IMG/VR virus record: IMGVR_UViG_3300025132_000026
Coordinates: 1-64,000 of that record
Strand: one strand, 5' to 3'
Length of the DNA stretch: 64,000 bases
Source: a virus
Shown here: one piece after another, positions 9,264 through 18,076 of the stretch
Layout of the letters: every line of letters begins with the position of its first letter
How positions within the stretch are numbered: the stretch's first letter is position 1
Position numbers and translations under genes: made by a program
The notes under the pieces: generated by a model
The model's input: only the letters and a program-made list of their open reading frames with translations
The model's database searches: none
Told to the model about the DNA's origin: nothing

Positions 9264-9890
9264 TTACTTTGTGAGTCTGCTCATGATTCTCTCTGCGAGA
9301 GTATCAGCCAGCTCTTGTTTCTGAGCTTTTTGTGCAAGGCGCTCAGCAACCCGACGAGCAACTTCTGCTACAATCTGGTCTTCTTCCATATATGTGTCAC
9401 GTCCACCGGGAACAGGCTCATCTTCAATTGCACCAAGCTCTACTTCCTCTTCACCTCCAAGTCCGGCGGGCTCTCCCATGTCATCCATAGGGTCGCCAAG
9501 ATCTTCGTCACCCCCTTCTTCGCCAGAGCTATCCATCGAAACTGGAACACCAGTTACGTCTGAAATAGTGTCAACAAGTGCTTGTACAAGTGTTTCTACA
9601 CTTGCCTCGTCTGTGCCGTCGATATCTGCGCCTTCGTCGTCCATATCGCCAAGCTCCATTTCTGTTTCTCCCCCTTCCTCTTCGCCGGGGAGATCTGCCA
9701 TCTCATCACCAAGTGCATCTTCGTCTTCAAGTTCTTGAAGCTCATCCACTTCTTCTTCGAGAGATTCTTCTTCTTGCTCTTGTTGAATATCCGTCATCTC
9801 TTCGATGCGAGTATCACCAACGGCTGGCATGCTAGCCAGTTTTAAGAAGCGACGAATCTCAGATTCTGTTAATAAAGTCTTACGAGCCAT
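9264..9890 (-). CDS. Highly acidic protein, candidate prohead core/internal protein
   Basis: D/E-rich 208 aa; AGGAG RBS; late motif at 9926-9933. Confidence 0.55.
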   Translation of the reverse strand: MARKTLLTESEIRRFLKLASMPAVGDTRIEEMTDIQQEQEEESLEEEVDELQELEDEDALGDEMADLPGEEEGGETEMELGDMDDEGADIDGTDEASVETLVQALVDTISDVTGVPVSMDSSGEEGGDEDLGDPMDDMGEPAGLGGEEEVELGAIEDEPVPGGRDTYMEEDQIVAEVARRVAERLAQKAQKQELADTLAERIMSRLTK

Positions 9891-9963
9891 TATGTTTCTC
9901 CTTTAGAATAGTCTAAAACTCACAATAAATAGTATTGATTATTATTAAAATCCCTTTGGGTGC

Positions 9964-10224
9964 CTAAAAAAACGCCTCTAGGGAAGTTCCTCTTTTTTTT
10001 ATCTTCTGTAGCGCTGCTGTTTCGATCTGTTTAACTCTTGCGAATGAGATACCGAGACGATCGGCAACTTCTCTTAAAGTCATCGAACCATGTTCGAATA
10101 TTGATATTAAACAGCAGTTCTTATCTTCTTCAAAATTTATCCAATGCTTGCATTCTTTGGATTTGCAATTTTGATTGTTCTTGATACAAGCTCTTGAACA
10201 GGAAAGTAAACCGTCGGTTTTCAT
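9964..10224 (-). CDS. Cys-rich protein with sigma70 region-4 HTH
   Basis: MTLREVADRLGISFARVKQIETAALQKI; six N-terminal Cys. Confidence 0.8.
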   Translation of the reverse strand: MKTDGLLSCSRACIKNNQNCKSKECKHWINFEEDKNCCLISIFEHGSMTLREVADRLGISFARVKQIETAALQKIKKRGTSLEAFF

Positions 10225-10547
10225 AATTCTGGGTATTCCTCCTCAAGCAAATCGAATATATTTTCAATCTCATTATCGTTTAGCCCTAAGTTTTTTGAAT
10301 TTTCCTTGCCCTGTTTGATAAGCCTGCTAGATTTGTATTTATGACGCAGAGATTGTCCTTTTGTGTCATCAACAAATTGCTGAATTCTCTCATCACCGTC
10401 AATATATCCCTTTATTAGGCTTCGAAAAAATGCCGCCTGTGTCAATCCGTCATGTTTAAGCCTAATTATGAGCTTTGCATGGTTGTGGTCTGTCTCGGTA
10501 AAAACAACTCTCTTTGTCAGGTTACCATATTTTACTTCATCAGACAT
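10221..10547 (-). CDS. Hypothetical protein (possible RHH-type DNA binder)
   Basis: 108 aa ORF coupled to the HTH gene. Confidence 0.55.
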   Translation of the reverse strand: MSDEVKYGNLTKRVVFTETDHNHAKLIIRLKHDGLTQAAFFRSLIKGYIDGDERIQQFVDDTKGQSLRHKYKSSRLIKQGKENSKNLGLNDNEIENIFDLLEEEYPEL

Positions 10548-11573
10548 TTACCATTCCCGGGCCAAAATGTGTGTGCGACTCTCAGTGATACCAGAAGATG
10601 TTTGCTTTACAAATTCTGCCCTAGATTGTAGTTCTGCTATGGTTCGCGCCCCAGAATAAGATAAACCAGATCGGATTCCTTTTTCTAGATCCTCAAGTAT
10701 TTCTTTTGCTGGGCCGCGATATGGTACAGTTGTAGACACGCCTTCAAAGGAAGAATATTTACCTCTCCAATCTACCTGAGCCTCTTTGCTAGCCATACCT
10801 CTATAAATTTTCCATTTATGACCATCCTTGTCTTGCAATATTTTACCAGGAGTCTCATCTGTACCTGATAACAAGGAGCCAACCATAACAGCATCAGCAC
10901 CCGCAGCAAGAGCTTTGACCATATCTCCAGAAGTTTTTATACCTCCATCAGCAATTATTTTTACATCCCTATCGGTTTTTGCACATTCAAAAATTGTCTG
11001 TAGGCCCGGTAAGCCATGGCCGGTCTGCACTCTCGTTGAGCAAATCGAGCCGCCTCCAATATTGCAGCGTACACTATCGGCACCCCAATCTGATAGATCG
11101 TTAATGCCATCTAGAGTTGCGACATTGCCGGCCATAATGTGAAGCTCGTCACCAAGGGCGCGGCGCAAAGTTTCAAGTGCCTCCTTCATCAAAATATGAT
11201 GACCGTGAGCAACATCGATACATATAAAACTAGCTCCGATAGCACGCATTACAGACGCTCTATTTAAGAAATCTCCACTGATTCCGACTGCTGCTCCTAC
11301 AGTACCACCCTCTTCTAATACTCTTGAGACAAGCCTTGTTTGCTCTTCAATGGTGTTATACCTGTGTATAACAGAACATCCACCGACAGAAGCTAAACTA
11401 ATTGCCATATCTGCTTCTGAGATAGTATCCATTGGGGATGAAATAATCGGCAAAGCTAGCTTGAGACCGTTGCCAAGATCTGCGCTTGGATCAATTTCTG
11501 ACCGAGAACGAATATTCGAATATTGCGGCCTCAGCAGTATGTCATCATATGACAGAGAATCAGCTATCTTCAT
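10548..11573 (-). CDS. IMP dehydrogenase / GMP reductase family, no CBS domains
   Basis: SSPMDT, IDVAHGH, GNVAT, IGGGSICSTR, IADGGI, YRGMAS, EGV. Confidence 0.92.
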   Translation of the reverse strand: MKIADSLSYDDILLRPQYSNIRSRSEIDPSADLGNGLKLALPIISSPMDTISEADMAISLASVGGCSVIHRYNTIEEQTRLVSRVLEEGGTVGAAVGISGDFLNRASVMRAIGASFICIDVAHGHHILMKEALETLRRALGDELHIMAGNVATLDGINDLSDWGADSVRCNIGGGSICSTRVQTGHGLPGLQTIFECAKTDRDVKIIADGGIKTSGDMVKALAAGADAVMVGSLLSGTDETPGKILQDKDGHKWKIYRGMASKEAQVDWRGKYSSFEGVSTTVPYRGPAKEILEDLEKGIRSGLSYSGARTIAELQSRAEFVKQTSSGITESRTHILAREW

Positions 11574-11949
11574 TTTTCTTAGTGCTCTTTTTCTTCTTTG
11601 GTGCTGAGCGAACAGAACTTCTAATTTTCTGCTTCTCTACCTCTCTCTTGTAACTCGGAGACATCTCCGGAGTGACCTTGATCGGAGGATCATCATTAAC
11701 CGCAGCCGCGGCGGCTGGCTGTTGTGGCGCCGGTACCGGGGCTGGTGGGGCATATCTTTGTCCAAAGTATTGCTGCAGAGTAATCATTGAGGCTTCTTTT
11801 GTTGCTAATTTTTCGGCCTGCTCCATTATCAATTCAGCGGCATTGGGATCCGGCGAATGGCTCGACAAAAGGCCATCGATCACAGACATCGCAGTTAGTG
11901 CTTCGCCTCTAAGCCTTTGGATGGCAGCCTCATATGCTGTTTTTGACAT
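11560..11949 (-). CDS. Hypothetical protein (paralogue of 11949-12395)
   Basis: Helical domain + APPAP linker + basic tail. Confidence 0.7.
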   Translation of the reverse strand: MSKTAYEAAIQRLRGEALTAMSVIDGLLSSHSPDPNAAELIMEQAEKLATKEASMITLQQYFGQRYAPPAPVPAPQQPAAAAAVNDDPPIKVTPEMSPSYKREVEKQKIRSSVRSAPKKKKSTKKNEDS

Positions 11950-12395
11950 TATTTACCCCCGTACAGATCTTCTTTCTTGCTATCTGTATTCCCACGATTT
12001 CTTTTTCCTCCTCTTTTTCTTACCGCATTCGCTGCAGGGTTTTCTTGCGATAGAGGGCCGGCTAAAGGGACGCTACCTCTTGCCTCCGTTAGCTTTTTTA
12101 TTTGTTCAGCAATAGCCTTCCTGTTTTTTATATTTGGGGCCGCGGGGTTAGTCTCGGTCTGTTGTGACTCGTCAGGCCCCGGTGCGGGTGGTGCATGATT
12201 GGCGTTCATATGCTGTTCAAATATCTCGATTGCAGCTTGTGACGTGGCCAGTTCTCTGGCCTGTGCAACAATCTGATCGGGGTCTGCTGCTTCGTTAATC
12301 AGCCTTTCTAAACGAGCTACCTGTTTTGCGGCATCTGCATGCAGTTGACGATGGGCGCCCACTACTGCAAATCTTTTTTGTGCTTCTGTTGACAT
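11949..12395 (-). CDS. Hypothetical protein (paralogue of 11560-11949)
   Basis: Helical domain + APPAP linker + basic tail. Confidence 0.7.
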   Translation of the reverse strand: MSTEAQKRFAVVGAHRQLHADAAKQVARLERLINEAADPDQIVAQARELATSQAAIEIFEQHMNANHAPPAPGPDESQQTETNPAAPNIKNRKAIAEQIKKLTEARGSVPLAGPLSQENPAANAVRKRGGKRNRGNTDSKKEDLYGGK

Positions 12396-12760
12396 TATTT
12401 CTCCTTATTGATGAAGCTTCTGATATCTGACGTTTTATACCACGTCATATCGTTGGGGTTTTCGGGGTCCGACAATACTCGAATTTTTGGCTTGTTACCA
12501 CCTGTCTTTACGAGCGATATGGTCGGCACTCCGTTAAAATTTAATATTCTTTCTGCGGTCGGATAATCATCAATATTGAACGCAAAAAAATGTATATCGG
12601 AAAACATCATATCATCCGATATGTCTTGGTAATATTCCTTTAGATTGTGGCACATATGACAACCGTTGGAATAAAATTTAATGACGCAGGTAGATTCTTC
12701 GACAACACTGCCGCGAAGAATCTTTTGTAACGCGTCTTTTGAAAGTCTACTGACTGGCAT
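12395..12760 (-). CDS. Thioredoxin
   Basis: IKFYSNGCHMC and GVPT cis-Pro motif. Confidence 0.85.
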   Translation of the reverse strand: MPVSRLSKDALQKILRGSVVEESTCVIKFYSNGCHMCHNLKEYYQDISDDMMFSDIHFFAFNIDDYPTAERILNFNGVPTISLVKTGGNKPKIRVLSDPENPNDMTWYKTSDIRSFINKEK

Positions 12761-12992
12761 CTATAATCTCCTTTGCTTTGTTAACACACTCTGGGCAGAA
12801 CAGCCTAACAACTTCTTGTTTGACTACCACAGACCAAGAGTTTACCATATCTTTATCTTTCTTGTCAAACTCTTTTTGACAAACATTGCACATTTCAGGA
12901 AGCTTACCAAACAGCGCGACTTGGCCGGCCATTTTCTCTTGAGCGTCCTGCCCTATGTGCTTTTTTATTGCTCTTCTTTGTTTTCGGTTCAT
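12747..12992 (-). CDS. Small Zn-finger protein
   Basis: CNVC...CPEC; NRKQRR N-terminus. Confidence 0.7.
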   Translation of the reverse strand: MNRKQRRAIKKHIGQDAQEKMAGQVALFGKLPEMCNVCQKEFDKKDKDMVNSWSVVVKQEVVRLFCPECVNKAKEIIDASQ

Positions 12993-13462
12993 CGATTCAG
13001 GGCTCCGAATATCTGCCTCTGGTTTGAACCATCGAAAACGACGACTGCTGATGGAAACGGGGCACTGTTATCGCTATCGCCGAACTTAAGCCTTCCCTTG
13101 ACAAAGTGAATCTCATCTGCTCTCATGACATACTGGTGCCAGTACTTTGTATCCGTCCTTGCGGGAATAAGCATCACCACCTTAGTACCTTCCTTGCGAG
13201 ACTCTTCGTAGCCCTTCTTAATCCACTTTTCAATGCCGCGGCCATATGGAGGATTGACAAAGCTTGTGAAGCCCTCCCAATTTTTCGATAGACCATCCTC
13301 TGCTTCGGTGTAGAAATTGGCACACTTCGTGTTTGTGCAGTCCGCACAAGGGTCTAGATCAAATGGGCCGAATCGCCAGTCTAGTTTGTTAAAGAAGTCC
13401 TGTGGTGTAGCCCACTGTCCTGTCTTAGACGAGAACATCACTACTTGTGTTTGTTTATCCAT
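12989..13462 (-). CDS. Phage Dam-family N6-adenine DNA methyltransferase
   Basis: WATPQ, FDLDPCA, FVNPPY, LIPARTDT, GRLKF; start moved to ATG 13462 (GGAG RBS). Confidence 0.9.
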   Translation of the reverse strand: MDKQTQVVMFSSKTGQWATPQDFFNKLDWRFGPFDLDPCADCTNTKCANFYTEAEDGLSKNWEGFTSFVNPPYGRGIEKWIKKGYEESRKEGTKVVMLIPARTDTKYWHQYVMRADEIHFVKGRLKFGDSDNSAPFPSAVVVFDGSNQRQIFGALNR

Positions 13463-14345
13463 TTTTAATTCTCTCCATAGATTTAATATAATATGTTTTA
13501 TCCATCTCGCAACCAATAAAGTTACGATTTGTGTTTTTTGCTGCGATTGCAGTCGTGGCAGATCCTGCAAAACAGTCTAAGACTAGATCGCCTTCGTTTG
13601 AATGTTTTCGGATCAATTCTTCAAATAGCGGCAAGCTTTTCTGTGTCGGGTGGAATCTAAATTTACCCCCCTGCAGTGGAAATTTGTACACGCCGTTATC
13701 ATACTTGCTATTGAACGTTGGTTTTGATTTCTTAATGCCCAATAGTGCTATCTCTCTGCAGTTAGTCAAGTAATTGACGCTGCTATTAATCGGCTGTGGG
13801 TTGGTTTTAATCCAAGATATTAGTCTGATCTGTTTAAACTTTTCCGATTCTAATATGTCTTTTAAGTTTGTTATCTTCCACAAATCGAAGAAAACTATAC
13901 ATGTGCCGCCGGGTCTCAATATCCTATGGAAGTGCTTAGTGAATAACTGCAATTGCTCCATAGTAAACTGAGAATCCCAGTCTCCATAGTTTGTCTTGAC
14001 TGCATATTTTTTGCCGTATATGCTACCATACTTCAAGTAGTCTCTTTTATATGCTTTGAGCTTTCTCTTGACAAGGCCGCTTTTAACTTTGTCGTTTTCA
14101 AACAAAGAATTATCCTTGTTTAAAAAATCTATCCAACCTCTCAAAGTTTTAAGACCCTTCCAGTCGTTCTCTGTTCGTAAGTTTTTGGCGCCCTCTTGAT
14201 CTTGTTTCGCAACATGATCTACCCACTTATCCATACCTGAATCTCGCGAAGTAATATAAGGAGGATCTGTCAGGATAAGATCCACAGAATTGTCGGGAAT
14301 ATCCGACAAAAACTGTAGACCCTCCTGGTTTAGTAGCTTGATCAC
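13455..14345 (-). CDS. Beta-class N4/N6 DNA methyltransferase
   Basis: LILTDPPY before HPTQKS and VLDCFAGSATT. Confidence 0.92.
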   Translation of the reverse strand: MIKLLNQEGLQFLSDIPDNSVDLILTDPPYITSRDSGMDKWVDHVAKQDQEGAKNLRTENDWKGLKTLRGWIDFLNKDNSLFENDKVKSGLVKRKLKAYKRDYLKYGSIYGKKYAVKTNYGDWDSQFTMEQLQLFTKHFHRILRPGGTCIVFFDLWKITNLKDILESEKFKQIRLISWIKTNPQPINSSVNYLTNCREIALLGIKKSKPTFNSKYDNGVYKFPLQGGKFRFHPTQKSLPLFEELIRKHSNEGDLVLDCFAGSATTAIAAKNTNRNFIGCEMDKTYYIKSMERIKNG

Positions 14346-14348
14346 TAT

Positions 14349-15815
14349 CTATGCCGCTTTATAAAGCAGATTAGCAGTCAGGCGGCTAGATTCTTCAAAC
14401 GGAATCAAAGTTTTACCGTCCAACTGTGCGTGATTGACGAGCGCATTGACTGCTGCCAGTGTTCTTGCCTCATGGTTCTTCGAGTCCTTGTTGGAATTCA
14501 TCAAAGAAGAGATAAAGTAATTGGAATTATTGTAATAAATAATCTCTTGCTCATCATCGTATCTTGAAATCTCGTCCGAAGTTTCAAACTTACCAGCTTC
14601 AATAGACTTCACCTTTCCAAAGAATCGACTGCGCAAAGTCTTTGAAGAGCCAAAAATATTCTTGTCTGTTCGGAATATCTCTGCAAACTTCATCGATGCT
14701 TCCATACGCGCTTGTTGAGACTTGATAGCCTTTTCTGTGTCCGACGCGGCCTTGCGTCGGGCAGCTTCTGCAATAAAGAGTTTGCCCAGTTCAGAGTCCC
14801 TTAACCAGTCGCCAAAAGCAGGATCTTTTAGTTTGACATCATGCTTGTGGGATGTAAACTCAAAGACTTTGTTAAATTCATCTTTGTTTGTGAATTCAAT
14901 TTCTGCTCGTAAGTGCCATCGGTATGAGTGAGAAGCACCCTCTTTAAACATTCCAAAAAGAGTGTCCCGATCTTTGTAGATTGTAATTCCATTTACCTTC
15001 AGATAAATACCAAAATCATTGCTTGACCCTTCTGGCATCCGAGTAGCGGTAACATCAAAAGACGCGCCTGTTTTCTTCCACTGTTGGGTGGCAGTGCGCA
15101 TTATGTAATTGTCATCCGGAACCTCATCACGCGAGAGTGGATCATTAAAGTCAATGGGGTTTGGTGCACCCTTGTTGCCGTTGACTGTGAATATCTTCAA
15201 GCTTCCTGACTTAATCTTGTCACAATATCGTGTTGCGAGCTTACCTGAATGTCGAATTCCTGCCTTTTCTTTTCCGATAAATGTTTTGCAATCTTGATAT
15301 TCTGTTTGAATTAAATCTTCAAGGATAATAACCGTTCCGGAGCTTTCTGGGTATTGTGAATGCTTGTTCCACAACTTCAGTGCTCTCTCATCAGTTCCCT
15401 GATCAAAGGGCCCATCATATTCTTGGCAGTTATTAATTCTTCCACGTTCAAGAAAAGAACCGCAGACAGAACCTTCTTCATCTCTCGTTATCACCGCAAA
15501 GCGATTTGCCAGAGAAAATGCTGCCGCTTTCAAACCGACCCCAAACTCTGATACCTCATGGATAGAGCGCTGGCGAATCTCGCCGGCAAACTCCATTGCT
15601 GCTAGAAGTTCTTCGCGGGTCATCCCGTTACCATTATCATAGAATATAATAGTATCAAGAGGCTGGGTTGAGCCTTTTAGTGCGCTGATATAGATCTCCG
15701 TAGCGTCAGCTGCTTCTGAGTTATCAGCGAATTCATATAGTGCCTCTACAACTTCATAAGTTCCAGAGGTAAATGCGTTTAGTGTGCGCTCCACATTCAT
15801 TTTAAATTGTGCCAT
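14349..15815 (-). CDS. MORC-type GHKL ATPase
   Basis: ALYEFADNS, DNGNGM, EFGVGLKAA, GTVIIL Bergerat motifs; S5-like GIYLKVNG. Confidence 0.85.
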   Translation of the reverse strand: MAQFKMNVERTLNAFTSGTYEVVEALYEFADNSEAADATEIYISALKGSTQPLDTIIFYDNGNGMTREELLAAMEFAGEIRQRSIHEVSEFGVGLKAAAFSLANRFAVITRDEEGSVCGSFLERGRINNCQEYDGPFDQGTDERALKLWNKHSQYPESSGTVIILEDLIQTEYQDCKTFIGKEKAGIRHSGKLATRYCDKIKSGSLKIFTVNGNKGAPNPIDFNDPLSRDEVPDDNYIMRTATQQWKKTGASFDVTATRMPEGSSNDFGIYLKVNGITIYKDRDTLFGMFKEGASHSYRWHLRAEIEFTNKDEFNKVFEFTSHKHDVKLKDPAFGDWLRDSELGKLFIAEAARRKAASDTEKAIKSQQARMEASMKFAEIFRTDKNIFGSSKTLRSRFFGKVKSIEAGKFETSDEISRYDDEQEIIYYNNSNYFISSLMNSNKDSKNHEARTLAAVNALVNHAQLDGKTLIPFEESSRLTANLLYKAA

Positions 15816-15907
15816 TATGGACTCCGTTAAATGTCCAGGCTATGCCCAGACTGTTGATTAATGTAAGTTTTAATCCAGATTAATTCCAGACTTTTTCTTA
15901 CTTTGTT

Positions 15908-15936
15908 AAGATACCATTTTTAGATTGGTTTGTCAA
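15908..15936 (-). promoter_or_regulatory. Sigma70-type promoter for MORC/MTase genes
   Basis: TTGACA-N17-TATCTT with TG extension. Confidence 0.65.
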
Positions 15937-15943
15937 CAACATA

Positions 15944-16441
15944 TTATAATATTTTTATTCCATGTTGTTGAATCTCTGACCAAGTAATGGTTGCACTTAG
16001 TCTCGGATCTTTCTTGTCCAAAACATTTGGATAAGATTTCTTCAGTTTAGGTCGTAGGGTATTATATACATCTATCCCGCTCATCATCCAGCTTTCAGCC
16101 ATACGGCCACCCTCAAAACGATTGTAGTAGTGCTCGGGATATTTCGCTATCTTCTCTTCGAGCAAATAACGATCTTGCTCCTCCCAAGTATCTTGCACAG
16201 AGATGCCTGTATATGCACCTTGGCATCGTGGACCAATTGTAGATTTATATTCACATTCATTGTTATTCTCGTTGTTTATCGCATCTGCACCAGAATAACT
16301 GCCGGCAACTGAGTGTCCCAGAACGCATGCGGCATAAATCTCTTTGCTGCGTGCATAGCTGAAGGGGTCGCCCCAACCCTGCTCTTCGCAGACGCGAGCC
16401 ATTTCTTCGTATAGCTGTTTATAGCGTTGCTCAGGAGTCAT
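15944..16441 (-). CDS. PvuII-like restriction endonuclease
   Basis: Colinear with R.PvuII as recalled: GADA..ECEYKS vs GNDA..EYELKS, IAKY, C-terminal QHGIKIL vs EHGTKIY; start moved to ATG 16441. Confidence 0.7.
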   Translation of the reverse strand: MTPEQRYKQLYEEMARVCEEQGWGDPFSYARSKEIYAACVLGHSVAGSYSGADAINNENNNECEYKSTIGPRCQGAYTGISVQDTWEEQDRYLLEEKIAKYPEHYYNRFEGGRMAESWMMSGIDVYNTLRPKLKKSYPNVLDKKDPRLSATITWSEIQQHGIKIL

Positions 16442-16685
16442 CGGACTCTCCAGAAATAATCCCAAAGTTTTCTACAACCTCATCGATATTTACTTTGCCT
16501 CTGAATAGACGATAAGCCTTCACTGCTGCTCTAATCTCGTCGGTGTTCAGCCACCCGTTGTTACGAAATTCTGAGCGTAGTTCGCGCTTTTGTTCCTGGT
16601 AAGGCTCAATGCAATCTTCGATTGCCTTGAGGGAACGGATATACTCTTTAACGTATTGCTGCTTTTGCTCGCTTGATGTGGCCAC
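16431..16685 (-). CDS. GapR/DUF2312-like dsDNA-binding protein
   Basis: 84 aa helical pattern YIRSLKAIED...KRELRSE...IRAAVK; AGGAGG RBS. Confidence 0.55.
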   Translation of the reverse strand: MATSSEQKQQYVKEYIRSLKAIEDCIEPYQEQKRELRSEFRNNGWLNTDEIRAAVKAYRLFRGKVNIDEVVENFGIISGESDDS

Positions 16686-16711
16686 GGGCCCTCCTTTTGT
16701 ATTACTCTAAT

Positions 16712-16740
16712 AGTATAATGTGTTATGAATCAGAAGTCAA
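16712..16740 (-). promoter_or_regulatory. Sigma70-type promoter
   Basis: TTGACT-N17-TATACT. Confidence 0.7.
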
Positions 16741-16753
16741 CTGTTTTTTATCA

Positions 16754-17449
16754 TTAAATTCCAAAAAGTCTATTTAAAAATCTTCTTATCAATTCATCTT
16801 TTCCCCAATCGGGACATTCAGAAAAAATGTAGTTATAGGTATTTTTTTTCTCTAAGATTTGGGCGCCGACTCTTTCTGATTCTTTGCGAAACCATTTTGA
16901 TTGTCGGGCATAGTTGTCTGGCGGATATATGTCGTATTTTTCCGCTATCTCTATCAGCACAAAGTATCTTCTTTCCTCGTAAGCCTTCTTTGCTGTTTTA
17001 AATGCTTCGATCATCTCTTGTGCTAAGAACGGGCTTATGTCCAGAGAGCTGACTTTATCGGGATGCAATGCTATCGCTATTTTCTTAAACAGTTTGTTAA
17101 AGATTTCATGAATCTGCTTATCTTCTTCCGTGGCAGGATCTGGATTAATCTTGTCTTTCTCGGGAATATCAACAGCCATCAGAGCGCCGGGCATTGGGTC
17201 TATTGCCTCCTCGGGCTGTTCTTCTGCTTCTTCCTTGGCGCCAAATATTTGCACAAGGCGATCGTTATGCTGCCTCTCAAGCTCTCCGATATCTATTCCC
17301 ACCTCTGGGCGCGAACAATATTCCCTGTAGTATGTTTCAAAGTCACGGCCGGCGGCCTTACAAGTTTCGTTTACAAGTTCCAGCTCTTCATAAAGAAACT
17401 TAAGCTCGTTAATAGATCTTCTCCATTTGAGTTTTTTTGATATAGACAT
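16754..17449 (-). CDS. J-domain-containing protein
   Basis: KLFKKIAIALHPDK...F..AK.AYE. Confidence 0.75.
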   Translation of the reverse strand: MSISKKLKWRRSINELKFLYEELELVNETCKAAGRDFETYYREYCSRPEVGIDIGELERQHNDRLVQIFGAKEEAEEQPEEAIDPMPGALMAVDIPEKDKINPDPATEEDKQIHEIFNKLFKKIAIALHPDKVSSLDISPFLAQEMIEAFKTAKKAYEERRYFVLIEIAEKYDIYPPDNYARQSKWFRKESERVGAQILEKKNTYNYIFSECPDWGKDELIRRFLNRLFGI

Positions 17450-17464
17450 ACGCTATAAATAGTA

Positions 17465-18076
17465 TCATCCGAAGTCGAATTTTATATCAGTTCTAATTTT
17501 TAACTCTGGTATGTGCATATGATTTGTTAGGTTGTGCTTTTTGGCTTCATCAACATCCAAAAACCAGTCCGCGTGGCCCTTTTCGTGTATCAGGTCAAGG
17601 AAATAATTCTTACGGTGGCCACAATTTTTTGCCATCATTTGATAAACTTTTTTGTTAAGTCGAGATGTTTCTTCCGCGGAAGCCTTAATTTCTTCAACCT
17701 TACCCCACTGCATCGAACTTACGTCATGAATCATCAGCGTGGCATCAGGATCCATATAACGGTATCCGTCGGCACCAAAACTAAACAAAATTGCACCGCA
17801 CGACATAGCCTTGCCCTGTACAATGGTGGCCACAGGAATCTTTGAATGGCTGATATCTGAAATCATAGACATCAAGCTATACACTTGGCCACCATAGCTA
17901 TCGATTATAACAGGAACCACTGGTTGGCCAGTGTTCTGGGCCTTCATCATAGCTGTTGTAAAGCCCTTAGCAGATGATTCATCAAACTTATTAACTCTTA
18001 TAATAGTCGGAAGCCCATCAATCAAGTTTGGCTCCTTTAGCAGTGGGCTAAAATATTTCATTACATTCATTACCAT
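17465..18076 (-). CDS. clpP: ClpP-family protease subunit (paralogue B)
   Basis: IDSYGG, GKAMSCG, MIHD, ADWFLDVDEA (Ser-His-Asp intact). Confidence 0.88.
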   Translation of the reverse strand: MVMNVMKYFSPLLKEPNLIDGLPTIIRVNKFDESSAKGFTTAMMKAQNTGQPVVPVIIDSYGGQVYSLMSMISDISHSKIPVATIVQGKAMSCGAILFSFGADGYRYMDPDATLMIHDVSSMQWGKVEEIKASAEETSRLNKKVYQMMAKNCGHRKNYFLDLIHEKGHADWFLDVDEAKKHNLTNHMHIPELKIRTDIKFDFG

